DNA of 64,000 nt from Eledone cirrhosa (lineage: Eukaryota), in NCBI GenBank assembly GCA_964016885.1, contig OZ024741.1:246760001-246824000 (forward strand). The letters are read 5' to 3'. Numbering within the stretch: the first letter of the stretch is position 1; every line of letters begins with the position of its first letter. The position numbers and the translations under genes were made by a program. Positions 9,001 to 23,299 of the stretch are shown piece after piece. The notes beneath the pieces are model-generated. The model was given only the letters and a program-made list of their open reading frames with translations, ran no database searches and was not told the DNA's origin.

Positions 9001-12000
9001 TTTACAAATTATCTCCGCCTGATTTTTTTTACAAATTATCTCCGCCTGATTTTTTTAAATATTATCTCTCCTTGGCTGGCGGGAAATTATCTCCCCTTGG
9101 ACGGCTGGAAATTATCTCCCCTTGGAAGGATGGAAATTATCTCCCCTTGGACGGCTGGAAATTATCTACCCCTGATTTTTTTTACAAATTATCTCCCCCT
9201 GATTTTTTTACAAATTATCTCCCCCTGATTTTTTTTACAAATTATCTCCGCCTGATTTTTTTAAATGTTATCTCTCCTTGGCTGGCGGGAAATTATCTCC
9301 CCTTGGACGGCTGGAAATTATCTCCCCTTGGAAGGATGGAAATTATCTCCCCTTGGACGGCTGAAAATTATCTACCCCTGATTTTTTTTACAAATTATCT
9401 CCCCCTGATTTTTTTTACAAATTATCTCCCCCTGATTTTTTTTACAAATTATCTCCCCCTGATTTTTTCTACAAATTATCTCCCCCTGATTTTTTTTACA
9501 AATTATCTCCCCCTGATTTTTTTTTTACAAATTATCTCCCCCTGATTTTTTTACAAATTATCTCCCCCTGATTTTTTTTTACAAATTATCTCCCCCTGAT
9601 TTTTTTACAAATTATCTCCCCTTGGCTGGCTGGAAATTTTCTCCCCTTGGAGGCTGGAACTTATCTCCCCTTGGACGGCTAGAAATTACCTCCTTGGACG
9701 GCTGAAAATTATCTCCCCTTGGACGGCTGGAAATTATCTCCCCTTGATTTTTTTACAAATTATCTCCCCCTGATTTTTTTTTTACAAATTATCTCCCCCT
9801 GATTTTTTTTTACAAATTATCTACCCCTGATTTTTTTTTACAAATTATCTCCCCCTGATTTTTTTTACAAATTATCTCTCCTGATTTTTTTTTACAAATT
9901 ATCTCCCCCTGATTTTTTTACAAATTATCTCCCCCTGATTTTTTTTACAAATTATCTCCGCCTGATTTTTTTAAATATTATCTCTCCTTGGCTGGCGGGA
10001 AATTATCTCCCCTTGGACGGCTGGAAATTATCTCCCCTTGGAAGGATGGAAATTATCTCCCCTTGGACGGCTGGAAATTATCTACCCCTGATTTTTTTTA
10101 CAAATTATCTCCCCCTGATTTTTTTTACAAATTATCTCCCCCTGATTTTTTTTTACAAATTATCTACATCTGATTTTTTTACAAATTATCTCCCCTTGGC
10201 TGGCTGGAAATTATCTTCCCTTGGACGGCTAGAAATTACCTCTCCTTGGACGGCTGAAAATTATCTCCCCTTGGACGGCTGGAAATTATCTCCCCTTGAT
10301 TTTTTTACAAATTATCTCCCCCTGATTCTTTTTTTACAAATTATTTCCCCCTGATTTTTTTTTACAAATTATCTACCCCTGATTTTTTTTTACAAATTAT
10401 CTCCCCTTGATTTTTTTTACAAATTATCTCCCCCTGATTTTTTTTTACAAATTATCTCCCCCTGATTTTTTTTTACAAATTATCTCCCCCTGATTTTTGT
10501 TTACAAATTATCTCCGCCTGATTTTTTTAAAAAAATTATCTCCCCTTGGACGGCTGGAAATTATCTCCCCTTGGACGGCTAGAAATTACCTCTCCTTGGA
10601 CGGCTGGAAATTATCTCCCCTTGATTTTTTTACAAATTATCTCCCCATGATTTTTTTTTACAAATTATCTCCCCCTGATTTTTTTTTACAAATTATCTAC
10701 CCCTGATTTTTTTTTACAAATTATCTCCCCCTGATTTTTTTTTACGAATTATCTCCCCCTGATTTTTTTTTACAAATTATCTCCCCCTGATTTTTTTAAA
10801 TGTTATCTCTCCTTGGCTGGCGGGAAATTATCTCCCCTTGGACGGCTGGAAATTATCTCCCCTTGGAAGGATGGAAATTATCTCCCCTTGGACGGCTGAA
10901 AATTATCTACCCCTGATTTTTTTTACAAATTATCTCCCCCTGATTTTTTTACAAATTATCTCCGCCTGATTTTTTTAAATGTTATCTCTCCTTGGCTGGC
11001 GGGAAATTATCTCCCCTTGGACGGCTGGAAATTATCTCCCCTTGGAAGGATGGAAATTATCTCCCCTTGGACGGCTGAAAATTATCTACCCCTGATTTTT
11101 TTTACAAATTATCTCCCCCTGATTTTTTTTACAAATTATCTCCCCCTGATTTTTTTTACAAATTATCTACCCCTGATTTTTTTTACAAATTATCTCCCCC
11201 TGATTTTTTTTACAAATTATCTCCCCCTGATTTTTTTTTACAAATTATCTCCCCCTGATTTTTTTTTACAAATTATCTCCCCCTGATTTTTTTACAAATT
11301 ATCTCCCCCTGATTTTTTTTACAATCTCCGCCTGATTTTTTAAAAAATTATCTTCCCTTGGCTGGCGGGAAATTATCTCCCCTTGGACTGCTGGAAATTA
11401 TCTCCCCTTGGAAGGATGGAAATTATCTCCCCTTGGACGGCTGGAAATTATCTCCCCTTGCACGGCTGGAAATTATAGTCCCTTGGAGGGCTGGAAATTA
11501 TCTCCCCTTGATATTTTTTACAAATTATCTCCCCCTGATTTTTTTTTCAAATTATCTCCCCCTGATTTTTTTTTCAAATTATCTCCCCCTGATTTTTTTT
11601 TACAAATTATCTCCCCCTGATTTTTTTACAAATTATCTCCCCTTGGCTGGCTGGAAATTATCTCCCCTTGGAGGCTGGAACTTATCTCCCCTTGGACGGC
11701 TAGAAATTACCTCTCCTTGGACGGCTGGAAAATATGTCTCCTTGGACGGCTGGATATTATCTCCCCTTGGACGGCTGGAAATTATCTCCCCTTGGACGGC
11801 TGGAAATTATCTCCCCTTGGATGGCTAGATATTACCTCCCCTTGGACGGCTGGAAATTATCTCCCCTTGATTTTTTTTACAAATTATCTCCCCCTGATTT
11901 TTTTTTACAAATTATCTCCCCCTGATTTTTTTTTTTAAATTATCTCCCCCTGATTTTTGTTTACAAATTATCTCCGCCTGATTTTTTTTTAAAAATTATC

Positions 12001-12899
12001 TCCCCTTGGACGGCTGGAAATTATCTCCCCTTGGACGGCTGGAAATTATATCTCCTTGGACGGCTAGAATTTACCTCTCCTTGGACGGCTGAAAATTATC
12101 TCCCCTTGGACGGCTGGAAATTATCTCCCCTTGATTTTTTTTACAAATTATCTCCCCCTGATTTTTTTTTACAAATTATCTCCCCCTGATTTTTTTTTAC
12201 AAATTATCTCCCCCTGATTTTTTTTTACAAATTATCTCCCCCTAATTTTTTTTTACAAATTATCTCCCCCTAATTTTTTTACAAATTATCTCCCCTTGGC
12301 TGGCTGGAAATTATCTCCCCTTGGAGGCTGGAACTTATCTCCCCTTGGACGGCTAGAAATTACGTCTCCTTGGACGGCTGGAAAATATGTCTCCTTGGAC
12401 GGCTGGATATTATCTCCCCTTGGACGGCTGGAAATTATCTCCCCTTGGACGGCTGGAAATTATCTCCCCTTGGATGGCTAGATATTACCTCCCCTTGGAC
12501 GGCTGGAAATTATCTCCCCTTGATTTTTTTTACAAATTATCTCCCCCTGATTTTTTTTTACAAATTATCTCCCCCTGATTTTTTTTTACAAATTATCTCC
12601 CCCTGATTTTTGTTTACAAATTATCTCCGCCTGATTTTTTAAAAAAAATTATCTCCCCTTGGACGGCTGGAAATTATCTCCCCTTGGACGGCTAGAAATT
12701 ACCTCTCCTTGGACGGCTGAAAATTATCTCCCCTTGGACGGCTGGAAATTATCTCCCCTTGATTTTTTTACAAATTATCTCCCCCTGATTTTTCTTTTAC
12801 AAATTATCTCACCCTGATTTTTTTTTACAAATTATCTACCCCTGATTTTTTTTTACAAATTATCTCCCCCTGATTTTTTTTTACAAATTATCTCCCCCT

Positions 12900-15800
12900 G
12901 ATTTTTTTACAAATTATCTCCCCTTGGCTGGCTGGAAATTATCTCCCCTTGGAGGCTGGAACTTATCTCCCCTTGGACGGCTAGAAATTACCTCTCCTTG
13001 GACGGCTGGAAAATATGTCTCCTTGGACGGCTGGATATTATCTCCCCTTGGACGGCTGGAAATTATCTCCCCTTGGACGGCTGGAAATTATCTCCCCTTG
13101 GATGGCTAGATATTACCTCCCCTTGGACGGCTGGAAATTATCTCCCCTTGATTTTTTTTACAAATTATCTCCCCCTGATTTTTTTTTAAAAATTATCTCC
13201 CCCTGATTTTTGTTTACAAATTATCTCCGCCTGATTTTTTTTAAAAAATTATCTCCCCTTGGACGGCTGGAAATTATCTCCCCTTGGACGGCTGGAAATT
13301 ATATCTCCTTGGACGGCTAGAATTTACCTCTCCTTGGACGGCTGAAAATTATCTCCCCTTGGACGGCTGGAAATTATCTCCCCTTGATTTTTTTTACAAA
13401 TTATCTCCCCCTGATTTTTTTTTACAAATTATCTCCCCCTGATTTTTTTTTACAAATTATCTCCCCCTGATTTTTTTTTACAAATTATCTCCGCCTGATT
13501 TTTTTTACAAATTATCTCCGCCTGATTTTTTTAAATATTATCTCTCCTTGGCTGGCGGGAAATTATCTCCCCTTGGACGGCTGGAAATTATCTCCCCTTG
13601 GAAGGATGGAAATTATCTCCCCTTGGACGGCTGGAAATTATCTACCCCTGATTTTTTTTACAAATTATCTCCCCCTGATTTTTTTACAAATTATCTCCCC
13701 CTGATTTTTTTTACAAATTATCTCCGCCTGATTTTTTTAAATGTTATCTCTCCTTGGCTGGCGGGAAATTATCTCCCCTTGGACGGCTGGAAATTATCTC
13801 CCCTTGGAAGGATGGAAATTATCTCCCCTTGGACGGCTGAAAATTATCTACCCCTGATTTTTTTTACAAATTATCTCCCCCTGATTTTTTTTACAAATTA
13901 TCTCCCCCTGATTTTTTTTACAAATTATCTACCCCTGATTTTTTCTACAAATTATCTCCCCCTGATTTTTTTTACAAATTATCTCCCCCTGATTTTTTTT
14001 TTACAAATTATCTCCCCCTGATTTTTTACAAATTATCTCCCCCTGATTTTTTTTTTACAAATTATCTCCCCCTGATTTTTTTACAAATTATCTCCCCTTG
14101 GCTGGCTGGAAATTTTCTCCCCTTGGAGGCTGGAACTTATCTCCCCTTGGACGGCTAGAAATTACCTCTCCTTGGACGGCTGGAAAATATGTCTCCTTGG
14201 ACGGCTGGATATTATCTCCCCTTGGACGGCTGGAAATTATCTCCCCTTGGACGGCTGGAAATTATCTCCCCTTGGATGGCTAGATATTACCTCCCCTTGG
14301 ACGGCTGGAAATTATCTCCCCTTGATTTTTTTTACAAATTATCTCCCCCTGATTTTTTTTTACAAATTATCTCCCCCTGATTTTTTTTTACAAATTATCT
14401 CCCCCTGATTTTTGTTTACAAATTATCTCCGCCTGATTTTTTAAAAAAAATTATCTCCCCTTGGACGGCTGGAAATTATCTCCCCTTGGACGGCTAGAAA
14501 TTACCTCCTTGGACGGCTGAAAATTATCTCCCCTTGGACGGCTGGAAATTATCTCCCCTTGATTTTTTTACAAATTATCTCCCCCTGATTTTTTTTTTAC
14601 AAATTATCTCCCCCTGATTTTTTTTTACAAATTATCTACCCCTGATTTTTTTTTACAAATTATCTCCCCCTGATTTTTTTTACAAATTATCTCCCCTGAT
14701 TTTTTTTTACAAATTATCTCCCCCTGATTTTTTTACAAATTATCTCCCCCTGATTTTTTTTACAAATTATCTCCGCCTGATATTTTTAAATATTATCTCT
14801 CCTTGGCTGGCGGGAAATTATCTCCCCTTGGACGGCTGGAAATTATCTCCCCTTGGAAGGATGGAAATTATCTCCCCTTGGACGGCTGGAAATTATCTAC
14901 CCCTGATTTTTTTTACAAATTATCTCCCCCTGATTTTTTTTACAAATTATCTCCCCCTGATTTTTTTTTACAAATTATCTACATCTGATTTTTTTACAAA
15001 TTATCTCCTCTTGGCTGGCTGGAAATTATCTCCCCTTGGACGGCTAGAAATTACCTCTCCTTGGACGGCTGAAAATTATCTCCCCTTGGACGGCTGGAAA
15101 TTATCTCCCCTTGATTTTTTTACAAATTATCTCCCCCTGATTTTTTTTTTACAAATTATCTCCCCCTGATTTTTTTTTACAAATTATCTACCCCTGATTT
15201 TTTTTTACAAATTATCTCCCCTTGATTTTTTTTACAAATTATCTCCCCCTGATTTTTTTTTACAAATTATCTCCCCCTGATTTTTTTTTACAAATTATCT
15301 CCCCCTGATTTTTGTTTACAAATTATCTCCGCCTGATTTTTTTAAAAAAATTATCTCCCCATGGACGGCTGGAAATTATCTCCCCTTGGACGGCTAGAAA
15401 TTACCTCTCCTTGGACGGCTGAAAATTATCTCCCCTTGGACGGCTGGAAATTATCTCCCCCTGATTTTTTTTTTACAAATTATCTCCCCCTGATTTTTTT
15501 TTACAAATTATCTACCCCTGATTTTTTTTTACAAATTATCTCCCCCTGATTTTTTTTTACGAATTATCTTCCCCTGATTTTTTTTTACAAATTATCTCCC
15601 CCTGATTTTTTTAAATGTTATCTCTCCTTGGCTGGCGGGAAATTATCTCCCCTTGGACGGCTGGAAATTATCTCCCCTTGGAAGGATGGAAATTATCTCC
15701 TCTTGGACGGCTGAAAATTATCTACCCCTGATTTTTTTTACAAATTATGTCCCCCTGATTTTTTTACAAATTATCTCCGCCTGATTTTTTTAAATGTTAT

Positions 15801-18800
15801 CTCTCCTTGGCTGGCGGGAAATTATCTCCCCTTGGACGGCTGGAAATTATCTCCCCTTGGAAGGATGGAAATTATCTCCCCTTGGACGGCTGAAAATCAT
15901 CTACCCCTGATTTTTTTTACAAATTATCTCCCCCTGATTTTTTTTACAAATTATCTCCCCCTGGTTATTTTTACAAATTATCTACCCCTGATTTTTTTTA
16001 CAAATTATCTCCCCCTGATTTTTTTTACAAATTATCTCCCCCTGATTTTTTTTTACAAATTATCTCCCCCTGATTTTTTTTTACAAATTATCTCCCCCTG
16101 ATTTTTTTACAAATTATCTCCCCCTGATTTTTTTTACAATCTCCGCCTGATTTTTTAAAAAATTATCTTCCCTTGGCTGGCGGGAAATTATCTCCCCTTG
16201 GACGGCTGGAAATTATCTCCCGTTGGAAGGATGGAAATTATCTCCCCTTGGACGGCTGGAAATTATCTCCCCTTGCACGGCTGGAAATTATAGCCCCTTG
16301 GAGGGCTGGAAATTATCTCCCCTTGATATTTTTTACAAATTATCTCCCCCTGATTTTTTTTTCAAATTATCTCCCCCTGATTTTTTTTACAAATTATCTC
16401 CCCCCTGATTTTTTTACAAATTATCTCCCCTTGGCTGGCTGGAAATTATCTCCCCTTGGAGGCTGGAACTTATCTCCCCTTGGACGGCTAGAAATTACCT
16501 CTCCTTGGACGGCTGGAAAATATGTCTCCTTGGACGGCTGGATATTATCTCCCCTTGGACGGCTGGAAATTATCTCCCCTTGGACGGCTGGAAATTATCT
16601 CCCCTTGAGTGGCTAAATATTACCTCCCCTTGGACGGCTGGAAATTATCTCCCCTTGATTTTTTTTACAAATTATCTCCCCCTGATTTTTTTTTACAAAT
16701 TATCTCCCCCTGATTTTTTTTTACAAATTATCTCCCCCTGATTTTTGTTTACAAATTATCTCCGCCTGATTTTTTAAAAAAAATTATCTCCCCTTGGACG
16801 GCTGGAAATTATCTCCCCTTGGACGGCTAGAAATTACCTCCTTGGACGGCTGAAAATTATCTCCCCTTGGACGGCTGGAAATTATCTCCCCTTGATTTTT
16901 TTACAAATTATCTCCCCCTGATTTTTTTTTTACAAATTATCTCCCCCTGATTTTTTTTTACAAATTATCTCCCCCTGATTTTTTTACAAATTATCTCCCC
17001 CTGATTTTTTTTACAAATTATCTCCGCCTGATTTTTTTAAATATTATCTCTCCTTGGCTGGCGGGAAATTATCTCCCCTTGGACGGCTGGAAATTATCTC
17101 CCCTTGGAAGGATGGAAATTATCTCCCCTTGGACGGCTGGAAATTATCTACCCCTGATTTTTTTTACAAATTATCTCCCCCTGATTTTTTTACAAATTAT
17201 CTCCCCCTGATTTTTTTTACAAATTATCTCCGCCTGATTTTTTTAAATGTTATCTCTCCTTGGCTGGCGGGAAATTATCTCCCCTTGGACGGCTGGAAAT
17301 TGTCTCCCCTTGGAAGGATGGAAATTATCTCCCCTTGGACGGCTGGAAATTATCTACCCCTGATTTTTTTTACAAATTATCTCCCCCTGATTTTTTTTAC
17401 AAATTATCTCCCCCTGATTTTTTTTTACAAATTATCTACCCCTGATTTTTTTACAAATTATCTCCCCTTGGCTGGCTGGAAATTATCTCCCCTTGGACGG
17501 CTAGAAATTACCTGTCCTTGGACGGCTGAAAATTATCTCCCCTTGGACGGCTGGAAATTATCTCCCCTTGATTTTTTTACAAATTATCTCCCCCTGATTT
17601 TTTTTTACAAATTATCTACCCCTGATTTTTTTTTACAAATTATCTCCCCTTGATTTTTTTTACAAATTATCTCCCCCTGATTTTTTTTTACAAATTATCT
17701 CCCCCTGATTTTTTTTTACAAATTATCTCCCCCTGATTTTTGTTTACAAATTATCTCCGCCTGATTTTTTAAAAAAAATTATCTCCCCTTGGACGGCTGG
17801 AAATTATCTCCCCTTGGACGGCTAGAAATTACCTCTCCTTGGACGGCTGAAAATTATCTCCCCTTGGACGGCTGGAAATTATCTCCCCTTGATTTTTTTA
17901 CAAATTATCTCCCCCTGATTTTTTTTTTACAAATTATCTCCCCCTGATTTTTTTTTACAAATTATCTACCCCTGATTTTTTTTTACAAATTATCTCCCCC
18001 TGATTTTTTTTTACGAATTATCTCCCCCTGATTTTTTTTTACAAATTATCTCCCCCTGATTTTTTTAAATGTTATCTCTCCTTGGCTGGCGGGAAATTAT
18101 CTCCCCTTGGACGGCTGGAAATTATCTCCCCTTGGAAGGATGGAAATTATCTCCCCTTGGACGGCTGAAAATTATCTACCCCTGATTTTTTTTACAAATT
18201 ATCTCCCCCTGATTTTTTTACAAATTATCTCCGCCTGATTTTTTTAAATGTTATCTCTCCTTGGCTGGCGGGAAATTATCTCCCCTTGGACGGCTGGAAA
18301 TTATCTCCCCTTGGAAGGATGGAAATTATCTCCCCTTGGACGGCTGAAAATTATCTACCCCTGATTTTTTTTACAAATTATCTCCCCCTGATTTTTTTTA
18401 CAAATTATCTCCCCCTGATTTTTTTTAGAAATTATCTACCCCTGATTTTTTTTACAAATTATCTCCCCCTGATTTTTTTTACAAATTATCTCCCCCTGAT
18501 TTTTTTTTACAAATTATCTCCCCCTGATTTTTTTTTACAAATTATCTCCCCCTGATTTTTTTACAAATTATCTCCCCCTGATTTTTTTTACAATCTCCGC
18601 CTGATTTTTTAAAAAATTATCTTCCCTTGGCTGGCGGGAAATTATCTCCACTTGGACGGCTGGAAATTATCTCCCCTTGGAAGGATGGAAATTATCTCCC
18701 CTTGGACGGCTGGAAATTATCTCCCCTTGCACGGCTGGAAATTATAGCCCCTTGGAGGGCTGGAAATTATCTCCCCTTGATATTTTTTACAAATTATCTC

Positions 18801-21550
18801 CCCCTGATTTTTTTTTCAAATTATCTCCCCCTGATTTTTTTTACAAATTATCTCCCCCCTGATTTTTTTACAAATTATCTCCCCTTGGCTGGCTGGAAAT
18901 TATCTCCCCTTGGAGGCTGGAACTTATCTCCCCTTGGACGGCTAGAAATTACCTCTCCTTGGACGGCTGGAAAATATGTCTCCTTGGACGGCTGGATATT
19001 ATCTCCCCTTGGACGGCTGGAAATTATCTCCCCTTGGATGGCTAGATATTACCTCCCCTTGGACGGCTGGAAATTATCTCCCCTTGATTTTTTTTACAAA
19101 TTATCTCCCCCTGATTTTTTTTTACAAATTATCTCCCCCTGATTTTTTTTTAAAAATTATCTCCCCCTGATTTTTGTTTACAAATTATCTCCGCCTGATT
19201 TTTTTTTAAAAATTATCTCCCCTTGGACGGCTGGAAATTATCTCCCCTTGGACGGCTGGAAAATAATATCTCCTTGGACGGCTAGAATTTACCTCTCCTT
19301 GGACGGCTGAAAATTATCTCCCCTTGGACGGCTGGAAATTATCTCCCCTTGATTTTTTTTACAAATTATCTCCCCCTGATTTTTTTTTACAAATTATCTC
19401 CCCCTGATTTTTTTTTACAAATTATCTCCCCCTGATTTTTTTTTACAAATTATCTCCCCCTAATTTTTTTTTACAAATTATCTCCCCCTAATTTTTTTAC
19501 AAATTATCTCCCCTTGGCTGGCTGGAAATTATCTCCCCTTGGAGGCTGGAACTTATCTCCCCTTGGACGGCTAGAAATTACGTCTCCTTGGACGGCTGGA
19601 AAATATGTCTCCTTGGACGGCTGGATATTATCTCCCCTTGGACGGCTGGAAATTATCTCCCCTTGGACGGCTGGAAATTATCTCCCCTTGGATGGCTAGA
19701 TATTACCTCCCCTTGGACGGCTGGAAATTATCTCCCCTTGATTTTTTTTACAAATTATCTCCCCCTGATTTTTTTTACAAATTATCTCCCCCTGATTTTT
19801 TTTTACAAATTATCTCCCCCTGATTTTTGTTTACAAATTATCTCCGCCTGATTTTTTTAAAAAAATTATCTCCCCTTGGACGGCTGGAAATTATCTCCCC
19901 TTGGACGGCTAGAAATTACCTCTCCTTGGACGGCTGAAAATTATCTCCCCTTGGACGGCTGGAAATTATCTCCCCTTGATTTTTTTACAAATTATCTCCC
20001 CCTGATTTTTTTTTACAAATTATCTCCCCCTGATTTTTTTTTACAAATTATCTACCCCTGATTTTTTTTTACAAATTATCTCCCCCTGATTTTTTTTACA
20101 AATTATCTCCCCCTGATTTTTTTTTACAAATTATCTCCCCCTGATTTTTTTACAAATTATCTCCCCCTGATTTTTTTTACAAATTATCTCCGCCTGATTT
20201 TTTTAAATATTATCTCTCCTTGGCTGGCGGGAAATTATCTCCCCTTGGACGGCTGGAAATTATCTCCCCTTGGAAGGATGGAAATTATCTCCCCTTGGAC
20301 GGCTGGAAATTATCTACCCCTGATTTTTTTTACAAATTATCTCCCCCTGATTTTTTTACAAATTATCTCCCCCTGATTTTTTTTACAAATTATCTCCGCC
20401 TGATTTTTTTAAATGTTATCTCTCCTTGGCTGGCGGGAAATTATCTCCCCTTGGAGGCTGGAACTTATCTCCCCTTGGACGGCTAGAAATTACCTCTCCT
20501 TGGACGGCTGGAAAATATGTCTCCTTGGACGGCTGGATATTATCTCCCCTTGGACGGCTGGAAATTATCTCCCCTTGGACGGCTGGAAATTATCTCCCCT
20601 TGGATGGCTAGATATTACCTCCCCTTTGACGGCTGGAAATTATCTCCCCTTGATTTTTTTTACAAATTATCTCCCCCTGATTTTTTTTTACAAATTATCT
20701 CCCCCTGATTTTTTTTTACAAATTATCTCCCCCTGATTTTTGTTTACAAATTATCTCCGCCTGATTTTTTTAAAAAAATTATCTCCCCTTGGACGGCTGG
20801 AAATTATCTCCCCTTGGACGGCTAGAAATTACCTCTCCTTGGACGGCTGAAAATTATCTCCCCTTGGACGGCTGGAAATTATCTCCCCTTGATTTTTTTA
20901 CAAATTATCTACCCCTGATTTTTTTTTTACAAATTATCTCCCCCTGATTTTTTTTTACAAATTATCTACCCCTGATTTTTTTTACAAATTATCTCCCCCT
21001 GATTTTTTTTACAAATTATCTCCCCTTGATTTTTTTTTACAAATTATCTCCCCCTGATTTTTTTACAAATTATCTCCCCCTGATTTTTTTTACAAATTAT
21101 CTCCGCCTGATTTTTTTAAATATTATCTCTCCTTGGCTGGCGGGAAATTATCTCCCCTTGGACGGCTGGAAATTATCTCCCCTTGGAAGGATGGAAATTA
21201 TCTCCCCTTGGACGGCTGGAAATTATCTACCCCTGATTTTTTTTACAAATTATCTCCCCCTGATTTTTTTACAAATTATCTCCCCCTGATTTTTTTTAGA
21301 AATTATCTCCGCCTGATTTTTTTAAATGTTATCTCTCCTTGGCTGGCGGGAAATTATCTCCCCTTGGACGGCTGGAAATTATCTCCCCTTGGAAGGATGG
21401 AAATTATCTCCCCTTGGACGGCTGAAAATTATCTACCCCTGATTTTTTTTACAAATTATCTCCCCCTGATTTTTTTTACAAATTATCTCCCCCTGATTTT
21501 TTTTACAAATTATCTACCCCTGATTTTTTCTACAAATTATCTCCCCCTGA
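12900..21550 (+). repeat. ~8.6 kb segment duplicated at ~42910-51240
   Basis: Offset 30,013 (12998/43011 to 14803/44816), then 29,689/29,688 (15832/45521 to 21133/50821). Shared private variants: AAAATCATC, CCCGTTGG, GAGTGGCTAAA, AATTGTCTC, CCTGTCC, AAATAATAT, CCCTTTGAC. Confidence 0.92.
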
Positions 21551-22930
21551 TTTTTTTTACAAATTATCTCCCCCTGATTTTTTTTTTACAAATTATCTCC
21601 CCCTGATTTTTTTACAAATTATCTCCCCCTGATTTTTTTTACAAATTATCTCCCCCTGATTTTTTTACAAATTATCTCCCCTTGGCTGGCTGGAAATTAT
21701 CTCCCCTTGGAGGCTGGAACTTATCTCCCCTTGGACGGCTAGAAATTACCTCTCCTTGGACGGCTGGAAAATATGTCTCCTTGGACGGCTGGATATTATC
21801 TCCCCTTGGACGGCTGGAAATTATCTCCCCTTGGACGGCTGGAAATTATCTCACCTTGGATGGCTAGATATTACCTCACCTTGGACGGCTGGAAATTATC
21901 TCCCCTTGATTTTTTTTACAAATTATCTCCCCCTGATTTTTTTTTACAAATTATCTCCCCCTGATTTTTTTTTACAAATTATCTCCCCCTGATTTTTGTT
22001 TACAAATTATCTCCGCCTGATTTTTTTAAAAAAATTATCTCCCCTTGGACGGCTGGAAATTATCTCCCCTTGGACGGCTAGAAATTACCTCCTTGGACGG
22101 CTGAAAATTATCTCCCCTTGGACGGCTGGAAATTATCTCCCCTTGATTTTTTTACAAATTATCTCCCCCTGATTTTTTTTTTACAAATTATCTCCCCCTG
22201 ATTTTTTTTACAAATTATCTACCCCTGATTTTTTTTTACAAATTATCTCCCCCTGATTTTTTTTACAAATTATCTCCCCTGATTTTTTTTTACAAATTAT
22301 CTCCTCCTGATTTTTTTACAAATTATCTCCCCCTGATTTTTTTTACAAATTATCTCCGCCTGATTTTTTTAAATATTATCTCTCCTTGGCTGGCGGGAAA
22401 TTATCTCCCCTTGGACGGCTGGAAATTATCTCCCCTTGGAAGGATGGAAATTATCTCCCCTTGGACGGCTGGAAATTATCTACCCCTGATTTTTTTTACA
22501 AATTATCTCCCCCTGATTTTTTTACAAATTATCTCCCCCTGATTTTTTTTACAAATTATCTCCGCCTGATTTTTTTAAATGTTATCTCTCCTTGGCTGGC
22601 GGGAAATTATCTCCCCTTGGACGGCTGGAAATTATCTCCCCTTGGAAGGATGGAAATTATCTCCCCTTGGACGGCTGGAAATTATGTACCCCTGATTTTT
22701 TTTACAAATTATCTCCCCCTGATTTTTTTTACAAATTATCTCCCCCTGATTTTTTTTTACAAATTATCTACCCCTGATTTTTTTACAAATTATCTCCCCT
22801 TGGCTGGCTGGAAATTATCTCCCCTTGGACGGCTAGAAATTACCTCTCCTTGGACGGCTGAAAATTATCTCCCCTTGGACGGCTGGAAATTATCTCCCCT
22901 TGATTTTTTTACAAATTATCTCCCCCTGAT
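17600..22930 (+). repeat. ~5.3 kb segment duplicated at ~33100-38450 (and again at ~53500-58860)
   Basis: Offsets 15,523 to 15,517 (18286/33809, 19514/35033, 21133/36652, 22592/38109). Shared variants CTCACCTTGG, CTCCTCCTGA, ATTATGTACC and the Y/X chimera. Ends are approximate. Confidence 0.85.
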
Positions 22931-23299
22931 TTTTTTTTTACAAATTATCACCCCCTGATTTTTTTTTACAAATTATCTACCCCTGATTTTTTTTTACAAA
23001 TTATCTCCCCTTGATTTTTTTTACAAATTATCTCCCCCTGATTTTTTTTACAAATTATCTCCCCCTGATTTTTTTTTACAAATTATCTCCCCCTGATTTT
23101 TGTTTACAAATTATCTCCGCCTGATTTTTTTAAAAAAATTATCTCCCCTTGGACGGCTGGAAATTATCTCCCCTTGGACGGATAGAAATTACCTCTCCTT
23201 GGACGGCTGAAAATTATCTCCCCTTGGACGGCTGGAAATTATCTCCCCTTGATTTTTTTACAAATTATCTCCGCCTGATTTTTTTTTTACAAATTATCT

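Larger units (their letters stand above)
1..11440 (+). repeat. Tandem duplication of a 5,795-bp higher-order unit (first copy starts just before the window)
   Basis: Constant offset of 5,795 (162/5957, 841/6636, 2395/8190, 3277/9072, 4193/9988, 5222/11017). Rare shared variants include GATTCTTTT (~4529/10324) and CCCCATGA (~4848/10643). Confidence 0.93.
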
